Positions 29,586-39,600 of a stretch of DNA of 56,264 nucleotides are shown here, in pieces. Position 1 is the stretch's first letter. Every line of letters begins with the position of its first letter. The notes beneath the pieces were generated by a model, which did no database searches, was not told where the DNA came from, and was given only the letters and a program-made list of their open reading frames with translations. Source of the DNA: a virus (taxonomy: Duplodnaviria; Caudoviricetes); the IMG/VR virus record IMGVR_UViG_3300047455_000186, positions 1 to 56,264 of that record; one strand, 5' to 3'. A program made the position numbers and the translations under genes.

Positions 29586-31382
29586 ATGAGTAATACAGTA
29601 AACGTAGGAAATTTTTCAGTAGAATGTTTTCATTCTCTAGATTTTATAAGAGTAGGCGAGCCGCTAGACGATTACCAGCAGGTAATACTCACGTTAGTGC
29701 CTGATGCGGGATATTCTATAGACGCAAATAATTTTAGCGTAATATTACCATATCCCAATTATGTTTCTTCTGTGGCGTTTACGCAAAGCAATATAAACCC
29801 CGCAAATGTTATATGCACTGTAATATTACAGCAGGGAGCGGTTATGCCTAACCACGATATAATAATAGACTTATGTGTAAAAGGAATAGCTACTACAGCC
29901 GAAACGACAGTATCAGGGACAGTAACGTACGCACAAGCTATAAATGTATTACCCGCAACCTTGAACGCCTCATATTCGTCGCCTGGTAACTTTGGTCAAA
30001 CAAAAAACGTGTTTACTCAAGTGATATCAGCTGAGCCTGGTACTTATTTCGTCAATACCCCTGTTATAGCTATAACAAGTGGTAATATGGCTGACTACAG
30101 TGTATCGTATTCACACTCTACAAACGCCCAAAACCAAGTAATAAGCACGACTATAGAAGTATTTTATACTTTTGGGAACTCAAGTATTGCTGGAGATTCG
30201 TGGGAAATAGCAGCGGTAGCCTTTGCCCCGTCGTTAAAAATAAACTCTTACTCTTTTGATTCTTCAACGCTGCCACAAGCGGGTGATACAAGGGCGTATA
30301 CCGTATCGGGTGATATTGGCGCTGAATACATATTGACATCCAATAAACCTATATTTTCCGGTAACACTATATACAATGGAACAATACAATCTACCGGTAG
30401 CGATATTGTTATGGCAACATTCCCAGCTGTAACAAATAATGAGGTGTATAGCATAACAATTGACGGTATATTTTCCGGAAGCTTTAGCCAGCAAACTACT
30501 GTCAGTTTAAATCAATATATTTCTATAAGCGTAACATATAACACGTTTACAGCTAGATCTATAAGTGTTTCTCCTGCTAATTATATTTCAACTGGACTAT
30601 CAAAACAGCCCGGAACACCTCTTAGTCTTTCTTTTAATATAACCAATAACACGGGGAATACGTTAATTGCACTGTCCCCTATAACTGATGCTTATATTAT
30701 AAATCTACCGGAATATCCTATAACTTTCGACGGTGGTGGATCCAGCGATGTCCAAAAAGTAACAGACGTAACCGGCATAACAGCTGGAATGAGCTTTTAT
30801 GATACTAATTTGCCAGACGGGGTAACAGTATTGACTGTAGATGCAGTTTCAAAAGAAATAACCTTTAGCGACACAATAACAGTTGTAAATAATTCCACCG
30901 CGACGTTGAGCTTAGCTAATAACAATCAAGTTTTCCTAACTAATATAGATATGGAAAATGACCCTGGAGATCCCAATAACTGGACATTAACCAGCGAGGT
31001 ATATACTCAGGCTTATGGATGGGATGACGTAACGTTTACATTTGACCTAGACGCTATACTGGTAGTTCCTGATCCTTCTCCTAGTGTAACTACGCAACCA
31101 GGAACAGTCGGCGCAGATCCGATAACTGGCTCCCCTGTTCTAATTGCAGGCGGGACAAATATAAATGCAAATGGCGGAACAATACAAGTGAAAGGAATAC
31201 AAGCTAAAGACACCACTGCTGGCACGGAATATCAATTTTATAATTGCAATTGCAGCAGAGATACAAGCGACTTTACAGCTGAATTCCCCTTGCTCTCAGG
31301 CCATAGCTATGAATATAATGCGTATGTATCTAATATAGGTAGCGTTGGAGTAGGGGCAACATTAACATATACACACCCTTAA
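29586..31382 (+). CDS. Beta-rich virion structural protein
   Basis: 598 aa, T/S/V/I-rich, very low in Lys/Arg; within the tail gene run. Confidence 0.6.
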   Translation: MSNTVNVGNFSVECFHSLDFIRVGEPLDDYQQVILTLVPDAGYSIDANNFSVILPYPNYVSSVAFTQSNINPANVICTVILQQGAVMPNHDIIIDLCVKGIATTAETTVSGTVTYAQAINVLPATLNASYSSPGNFGQTKNVFTQVISAEPGTYFVNTPVIAITSGNMADYSVSYSHSTNAQNQVISTTIEVFYTFGNSSIAGDSWEIAAVAFAPSLKINSYSFDSSTLPQAGDTRAYTVSGDIGAEYILTSNKPIFSGNTIYNGTIQSTGSDIVMATFPAVTNNEVYSITIDGIFSGSFSQQTTVSLNQYISISVTYNTFTARSISVSPANYISTGLSKQPGTPLSLSFNITNNTGNTLIALSPITDAYIINLPEYPITFDGGGSSDVQKVTDVTGITAGMSFYDTNLPDGVTVLTVDAVSKEITFSDTITVVNNSTATLSLANNNQVFLTNIDMENDPGDPNNWTLTSEVYTQAYGWDDVTFTFDLDAILVVPDPSPSVTTQPGTVGADPITGSPVLIAGGTNINANGGTIQVKGIQAKDTTAGTEYQFYNCNCSRDTSDFTAEFPLLSGHSYEYNAYVSNIGSVGVGATLTYTHP

Positions 31383-31384
31383 TT

Positions 31385-31717
31385 ATGGATGAAATAACAC
31401 TAATATTCCCAGAGCCTATACAAGTTTCGGTTCAAATAGGAGATACCGCTTATTATACAAATGATCCAAATGGTGAAACAATAAATAAAATTGGTATTGT
31501 AACAGCAATAGATTACTCTAATAATGCTATTACATGCGAAATACAACCCGCCGCACAAAGACCATCACTTACTAGCTTTATATTGTTCAGTAAAACAAAC
31601 TCAACAAATATAAATTCACTTACAGGCTACTATTTAAACGCCCAATTTAAAAACAATTCTTTAAATAGTGTAGAAATGTTTTCTGTGGGGACAGAGATTT
31701 TTGAGAGTAGTAAATAA
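31385..31717 (+). CDS. Small tail-associated protein
   Basis: 110 aa; last gene before the promoter motif at 31719. Confidence 0.55.
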   Translation: MDEITLIFPEPIQVSVQIGDTAYYTNDPNGETINKIGIVTAIDYSNNAITCEIQPAAQRPSLTSFILFSKTNSTNINSLTGYYLNAQFKNNSLNSVEMFSVGTEIFESSK

Positions 31718-31718
31718 C

Positions 31719-31737
31719 ACGTAATAATAAAACTATA
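31719..31737 (+). promoter_or_regulatory. Candidate phage promoter GTAAT-N8-TATA (copy 2)
   Basis: ACGTAATAATAAAACTATA upstream of the ejection-protein genes. Confidence 0.5.
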
Positions 31738-31750
31738 AATAAATAAAGAT

Positions 31751-32410
31751 ATGTTACCAATATTAGGAGCTGTCAAGGGGCTCGCTGGAATTGCCGGCGG
31801 CATAATTGGTAGCGGTAAAAGAAAAAGAGAATTACGGGATGCTCAAACAGCATACAACAGGCAGATGGCTAATTTTAAAAATTTAGATACATCTAACGCG
31901 TATGCTAACATGGAAAATACCATGGAAGACTTAACTGTAAATCAAGGCCAAGCGCAATTTGCAGCAGAACAGCAACAGCAAGCCTTGGCGAATACCATGT
32001 CTGGTTTGCAGGGAGCAGCTGGCGGATCTGGAATTGCAGCATTAGCACAATCGTTAGCAGGCCAACAATCTCAAAATTTAAGAACTGCATCTGTTAGCAT
32101 AGGTCAGCAAGAGCAGGCAAACCAAATGGCAGAACGCAACATGGCAAGCCAGCTTGATATGCAAGAGCGCGCGGGTGAATTGCAATCTAGGCAAGCTAAA
32201 AAATCTCAAACAGAAACGTTGTTGGGCATGTCTCAGCAAAGACTTGGTGCGGCAAAGGCAGCAAAAGCAGCAGCTACAAAGTCAATAATAGGTGGGGTTA
32301 CTGGTTTAGCAGGAGCCGTATTACCGTCAATACCAGGCTTGGCCGAAATGGGTGGCGGAAGTGGAGACTTTGGCTTTATGGAAAATATGATGGGCGCACA
32401 GTCAGGATAA
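31751..32410 (+). CDS. DNA ejection / internal virion protein
   Basis: Gly/Ala-rich hydrophobic termini flanking a Gln/Ala coiled coil; first of a small-medium-large trio. Confidence 0.7.
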   Translation: MLPILGAVKGLAGIAGGIIGSGKRKRELRDAQTAYNRQMANFKNLDTSNAYANMENTMEDLTVNQGQAQFAAEQQQQALANTMSGLQGAAGGSGIAALAQSLAGQQSQNLRTASVSIGQQEQANQMAERNMASQLDMQERAGELQSRQAKKSQTETLLGMSQQRLGAAKAAKAAATKSIIGGVTGLAGAVLPSIPGLAEMGGGSGDFGFMENMMGAQSG

Positions 32411-32420
32411 AAAAAAATAT

Positions 32421-33671
32421 ATGGCAAATCAACAATTAATACAAGGAGAATTATTTGCTGCAACTGGGGGGCTTAAAGATGGAGGCTTTTTAGATGTGGG
32501 TGGTATTGTAGGCGCTGAGCTTGAAAAAGCTAATAAAGGTATACAGGCAGGTAGAGAAAGAGCAAGGCGACTTATAAAAGAACAAGAAGTCAAAGCTAAA
32601 GCTGTAGATAAGCAAATAGCGGGGTATGTTAATAAAATGAAATCAAATGTTGATTTAACAGGCGTTTCACCAGAACAACAAAAAGCTATTCAAAGCTATT
32701 TAGTTAACCAAAAAAATGAATACGTAAAAGCTGCTAATGAAATAGTTAACTATTCTGCTAGTGACCCAGAGTACATGCAATACGCTGATATAATGAATTC
32801 GGTAAATAATTCTTTTGTCAACCTGTCTAATACATTAAAAACGTATAAAGCAAATCAAGCAGAATTTGTTGACGACTTTCAAAACAATAGGTTATCCAAT
32901 GGTGACTTAGTGCGCAAAAAGCAAGCGGGAGAAATATATGACCCAAAAACAATCTTTAGTATAGAAAATGGGGATTTTGTTTTTAACACTTCAGATGGCA
33001 ATAAAGTTAATTTTAGAGATTTTAAAAATCCATCCGAAAAAGCTTTTAAGACAGCAACGTCTATAGCAAACATCGCTAACACAGTATATAAAGCAGGAGC
33101 AAAGCTTAATCCAACGCAAGCATCAAGTATAAGACTGCAGCTTGAAGAGGCATTTAATACAAATCCCGACGCCCTGCGCTCTATAGCGGCTGACGGTTTT
33201 TTCAATGGTCAACCCATGGCTATTAATCAAGAAGCCTTAAATAATGTTGAAAACACGGATGAACTCCAAGCAATAGTTATAGATCAATTAATGGAGGGCA
33301 TTTCATCAAGCGCGTTACAGGGCTATAATGACAAACAAGCTAAAATTAATAGAGGAAGCGGGTCAAGCACATCGGGTTATAAATCTCCAGAAACAAAGTA
33401 TTTAACATCTGCAGAATCGCCAACTGGTAAGGCTGGTAACTTTGCTATTTATTTGCCTAAAGATCCAAATGGTAAAATTAAATATGTGCCTATTGGAGGA
33501 ACCAACAATACTAACAATACGTCGACAACCACCACCACACCTACACCTACAATAGATGTAGATATATATGGAGAAGCAGAGAAGTTTATTAAAAAAACAT
33601 ATCCTAATCTTAAAGAAGGAAGCCAAGAGTTTGCAGACAAAGTGATGGAAAAATATAATTCATTGAAATAA
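32421..33671 (+). CDS. Internal virion (ejection) protein
   Basis: 416 aa, helical; second of the trio. Confidence 0.55.
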   Translation: MANQQLIQGELFAATGGLKDGGFLDVGGIVGAELEKANKGIQAGRERARRLIKEQEVKAKAVDKQIAGYVNKMKSNVDLTGVSPEQQKAIQSYLVNQKNEYVKAANEIVNYSASDPEYMQYADIMNSVNNSFVNLSNTLKTYKANQAEFVDDFQNNRLSNGDLVRKKQAGEIYDPKTIFSIENGDFVFNTSDGNKVNFRDFKNPSEKAFKTATSIANIANTVYKAGAKLNPTQASSIRLQLEEAFNTNPDALRSIAADGFFNGQPMAINQEALNNVENTDELQAIVIDQLMEGISSSALQGYNDKQAKINRGSGSSTSGYKSPETKYLTSAESPTGKAGNFAIYLPKDPNGKIKYVPIGGTNNTNNTSTTTTTPTPTIDVDIYGEAEKFIKKTYPNLKEGSQEFADKVMEKYNSLK

Positions 33672-33673
33672 TT

Positions 33674-36600
33674 ATGTCAAAATATAAATTAGCAAGCGGA
33701 GAAGTTGTTGATACTAAGGACTATACTGAAAATCAACTTACTTACTTTAAATACAAAAATCCTGACGCAGGCATTGTGGAGGATTTTCAAAACGGAGCTG
33801 TGGGGACGGATGCGCCTGCAACTCCAGTAATGCCAAGTCGAGCATCCATAATTGCGGGTGCTCCTCCTGCAAACGAACCCCCAAAAAAAGATGGGGATTA
33901 CAATTTTCTACTTGGTTCTGTGGAATCAGTAGAGAATCGTAGTAATGGAATAGTAGCACCTAACTCATATTTAATTGAAAACCCTGAAGAACGATTAGTT
34001 TTAGAGGAGTACACAAATAAAAGAGGAAGAAAAGTAAAGAAATACGCTGAGCCATCTCAGGAAGAAATACTTAGGGAAACCATAGATAACTTAGATGAAC
34101 CTGAATTTATTAGTAATTCAAGGGGTAGAAAAGTAAATAATCCTAAATACGTAAAGCCAGAAAATAGACCTTCACTAGAGGTTCAGACCCAGGCTTATAT
34201 AAAAGACAACGATTTAGACATTGAGTTTACCAATAATTATTTTAATCCTAAAGGCGAAACTTGGTTTGTAGATAAGTACTTTGGTAAAAAAGAGCTTGCC
34301 AAAGCTGGTTTAACAGAACTTGAGATGCAGGACTTCCAGGGTATGTTAATGCGGGATGATTTTATTGATGGTTTCGAAGAAGATGTTGCTGATGGTGTAT
34401 ATGGCGAGCTTGGCGGTATGATATATACAGGAGACGATAAAAAAGTTATACAAGTAACTAAAGAAAGAACTTTAGCTAGGAAGCTTAGCCAATACATGGC
34501 AGACCGGGACGACAGGCTAAACAATAAAATGCTTGTCAATAATATACTTGAAAACCCGGGTGACTTTGATCAAAGCATGTCGTTAGACGAAGTTAGAGAA
34601 GAAGCTTACAAAAATAGCAATATTGGCTATACAGGGTATGATCAAGAGGCTGTAAAAGCATACTTAGGCCAAAATTTTCCAGCATTAATGGAAAAAAATG
34701 CAAAAAATCAAGAAAAGAAAAACGAAGCTTACTTAAAAAGACGAGCTTGGAACGCAAGCACAAACACAGCTGACCAAGGGGTGGCTAATTTAGGTGAGTT
34801 TATTAAAGGTTTAGGCACTGGTTTTTATAAAAAGCTAGACGAAACCGCAATATGGATAGACGATACTATAGGTATATTTGGCGGCAACGAAAGGGCCAAG
34901 CAAATGCGTTTATTGAATATAGAAGATGAAATAGCGGACACTGATTCGCTAGAATACTTTTATGCTAGTGGTAAAGGCACGACTATTGGTAGCGACACAT
35001 ATATTAAAGACGAAAGAGGCAATATATATAACACAACAGAAGGCGTAAATGTAAGTCAAATATTAACTCCATTAGAGCTAAAATCTATTTCACAAACAAT
35101 TGACGCCGAAGGCAAACCAATGGACGACTTTAGTTTTCGTGGTGGTGCTATTATGGGTGGTGAAGTAACTGGCGGTATTGTTTTTGATGTAATAGGCACA
35201 AAAGGCTTGGGTACCGCTAGGGTAGCGGCATCAGCTGGTTACTTATCAAAAGCAAATAAATTAAGGTCAGCCAAAGGTTTAAAAGACATAAGCACAAGAG
35301 CGAGAGGAGCTAAAGGTAGGTTTATAAGTACCAAAGAAACTTTCGGAATGAAATTGCCATTTAATGCGCAAATGGTTGACGCTAGCATGTACTACTCCTT
35401 TGTAGGTGCTGTTACTGGGTATGAAAACACCATGAAAGCAGCTATGCAGGCAGGCCTCTCTAATGAAGTTGCTGAAAAATTAGCAGACGAAGCTCAGTTG
35501 TCAATGATGGCTCTTTACGGGGTTACAACTCCTATTAACCCAAGAATTGCTTTTGTAAACAAACTTGATGATATACTTATAAAAAACAAAGTTTTTGCAA
35601 CTGCTGTAAATGAGTATAAAAAAACAGGTAGTCAATTATCCTTTATCGAAAGTATTAAAAATCAAATTAAACAAACAGGCTTAACAACCACAGGTAAAGG
35701 AGTTGCGTTTGTTAAAGAAGGAACCAAAGAGTTTATTCAAGAAAACGTACAACAATTTGGGGAGGTCGAACTTGTTAATGAAAAAATAAACGAATCGGCT
35801 GGTATGGAATTAATGACCGCTGATTATAGCAAAGATGATTTTATTAACACATCTATATTATCTTTTGCAGCAGGCGGATTATTAGGCGGCTTAAGCGCCC
35901 CAGGATCACGTGTTAATTCTAATAAAAGATTACAAAATTTATATATACTTTCCCGCGATTTAAAAGGCACAAAAAAACGCTTTGACAGAATGATTGACGC
36001 TGGCAGATTGTCACAAGAAGATGCAGACGGTATACTAGAGCAGGCCAAAGCGGTTGGGAATTCAAGCAATAAGTTTCCTGCTTGGATGTTAAAGACTCCA
36101 GATGCCCTTATAGAAGCTGCGGTTGTGCAATCTAAAATAGAGGCAGCTACTAACGAAAGATCTCAGCTGGCGCCTCCTATGCGCACCGATGTTGATGCTC
36201 GCTTAGAAGGATTAAACAACGAATTGTTAGCTATAAGAAATAAAGCCGCTGATGAGTTAGTTGTTAAAGAAACCGAAACTATACAAGGTATTGTTGGTAA
36301 AGAAAATGTAACAGTTTATAATTCTAAAGCAGAAATGGAAGCTGCTGGATTATCAGACCTGGATATGAATTCAGATGGGTTTATTGAGGTTGATGGCAAA
36401 ATAATTATAAACAGAGAGCAAGCGGCTAATGCGCAAGCTATATCGGTCGCTTCACATGAGTTACTGCATAAAGTATTAAAGTCTGAATTTAAAAATAATC
36501 CTGAAATGAAAAGGGTTGTTGATGAATTTAAGCAAATACTAAAAAATAAAGGTGTATTTCAGCAAATTGAAACGCGAGCAGAGATGTATCGCCAGGAGGG

Positions 36601-39600
36601 AATAGGAGATGTAGATGGCGCCGATATGGACGAGTATTTTACATTCTTTTCTGATGCTATATCCAAAAACGAAATACCTTTCCAGGCGTTAGAAGAGTCA
36701 CAATGGGTTAAAATAGGTAAAGCTATAGCCAATTTGTTTAACACTAGATTTGGAACTAAGAACTTAAAGTTCAATAGCGGACAACAAGTATTTGATTTTA
36801 TTAAAGACTACCAAGCTGGTATTGAAAAAGGCAAACTTACGGGTCAAGCTAAAAAGAAATTAAAGGCAGGCGCTGAAGTTGAAGGCACAAATAAAAAATC
36901 TGTTAGTGACGCTGCTAAAAAAAGCAACGCTAAACTTGATGCGGTACCCAAAGACAAGGTTACAGGCGCTGTAGCGCAAAACACTATAGCTACTGAGTTA
37001 CCTAAAATGGTAAAAGCACAAATAGCCAAAAGGTTTAATTTACCGCCGAGTCAATTAAATGAATTTACCGATGATGTTATATTTAAAATGTACGCAGGCC
37101 AAGAAACCACTAAGTATGACGGAAGAGGAACATTAAGTGGATTTTTAGGAGGCAGAATAAAGTTTAGAATTGAAGACGTTGTAAGAGAGGAATATAAAAG
37201 ACCACAACAAGAAAGATTATATTTAGGTACTGTTGATAATTTGCAGGCATCAGATCAAAAAGATCTTGAAGGTAAAAAAACAGCAAAACAAACAGTGCAA
37301 AAACCTGAATTTGTAAACTTAGTTGAAAGCAAAGTATTGCCAGATGAAATGGCTGCTAAAGTAAAGCAAAAAGTTGTATCTACAACTCGTGTACTTAGAT
37401 CTAGAATTGATGCTGCCGTTTCCTTAAATAGAACAGTAACTCCTTTAATAGCTGAAATTAAAAAAGAAATTGGTAAGCAAGCAGACATTGAATTTAAGAA
37501 AATGCTTGGAGCTAAAAAGAATAATGAGCTTAGGGATAATTTACTTAAACTTAAAAAACCCATTCTTGAAAACCTTACAACTACATTTTTAATGCAAGCC
37601 ATGCCGTTTGCAATACAAAAACAAGTTGATGGTAGATTTACTTCTGATTGGCAAGGGCAAAAAATTGATAGAGAAAGCGTAGAGACTGATAAAGCGGGTA
37701 GGACTTCAGGTGCAGAAATTGTAAGAAGAATACCTAACCCGGTAAACAATGTAAGCGATCAGGATTTCTTAGGTTACATGTTCAAAGGTGAAGAAGTTAT
37801 TCGTGGCCGTAAGGAAGCTTTAGCAAAAGCGTTAGCAGAAGAATACGCTTTTGATTTATACAACCAAGAGTTGAAAAATGAAGATAGCGAAATTCGTCAA
37901 GCGTTTGAAGCTAATCAAACAAGGCTCGGTGTTGAATTATCTGAAAATCTAGCACAAGAATTTTCAAGGCAATCCGAAAGAGGCAATGTAAAAAGATCAG
38001 TATCTAGGCTAAGCAAAGAAGATGCTATAAAGTGGGAAGCTGGTAAAGATAAATTCTTTGTGGATATCAAAGCATTACTTAATTCTAATGGCGCCATTAA
38101 AGAAAACGCTATAAAGAAAGCGCATAAAAATAATTATCCTGATTTTACAGAAGCTCAACATAAGGCCATATCTAAGCAATTTTTTAGATTACTTAAGCCA
38201 TTAAAAGGTATAGATGTTGAAACTTCACTCAAAGAAGAGGGGAAAACATTTGAAGAATATTTAGTAGATATAGCTAAAGATATAGATACCAATGAAACAA
38301 TAGCTAAAATGACTGGCGTTGAAGGATCTATTGCTTCTTTGTTTGAAAATTACAATAATGTAATGGACGCACAAACGGCGATTGAAGATGTATTAAAAAC
38401 TTTAACTATACAGGAAGCGGTTGCTTTTACAAGTACCTCATTTGCTAATTCAGGTAGAATTGGATTATGGGTTGATGGGGAATTGGATTTTAGCAAGACG
38501 CATCGCTCCGATTTATACTCAGGCAAAGAGCAAGTTATAGAGGCACTTAACAGAGCAGGCTTTAAAATTAAAAGCATATCCAATGCTGAAATAACGCTAC
38601 AAGACGGTACTGTATTAAAAAGAGAGTACTCGGCAACAGGCAATGTTCTTAAGGGACATCTAACCGGTAAATTTGACGCGGAAGCTGACAAGGCTAACGC
38701 AAATGCGGCTTGGAAGTACACAACCGCAATGATTAAAGGTATTAAAAATTCGACTCCAGAGGTTCAAGCTATGGTTATGGCTTCGCTAAATTCAGGTACA
38801 AATACAGCTTTAAGAGCGGCCGCGCCTGTTACATATAGAAGTTCAGTGTTGCCTTCTCAAATAACAAAAGACTATAGGTATGAGCATGGAGTTCCAGCAA
38901 GAGTGGTACTTGCTCATTTGTATCAATCAATAGTAAATGGTGATACTAGCATAGATATAAAAGCTTTAAAGGCAGATTATCAAGTAGCTATTATCCCAGT
39001 TGAGATGGATAAAGTTATAGGCAAATCAGGTTATCAGCAAGTTATGATAGCAGGGTATAAGCCAGGCGAAACGCCTTGGTGGAAAAGATATTATAACTTT
39101 GCAACAAGAGGCAAAATACAATACGCGTTAGAATCATTAGAAGACGGGTCTATTATCGGACAACAATATGCTGACTACTTTAATCAAAAAGGTGTTAAGC
39201 CTGAGGTTAAAGCAAACGCTGAGGCTGAGGTTAAAAAAATAACTACCCAGCAAAAAGCTATTAACAACGCTCGCAAGCGTTCTTATACTAAAAATCCTAA
39301 AGGTATTAGTGTATACGATTTTGATGACACACTTGCATTTAGCAAAAGTCAAGTTATAGTTATAATGCCTGCTGAAAAATCCATGCTTGATATCGCAGCA
39401 AGAAGATTATTTGGAGAAACAGCTCTTAAAAACAAACCAGGCTTTTTGAAAACGTTCGACAGCCTTAATGAAGAGCAACAAGCAAAAGTTTTAAAAGACG
39501 TACCCGGAGCAACAAAGAGAATTACGCCTGCTGAATTTGCTAAGAAGGGAGAAGAGCTAACGGCACAAGGAGCTAAATTTGATTTTAGTGAATTTAACAA

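Noticed and set aside
33500-33552. Asn/Thr/Pro low-complexity run as a DNA repeat element
   Set aside because: It encodes a flexible linker (TNNTNNTSTTTTTPTPT) with mixed codons.
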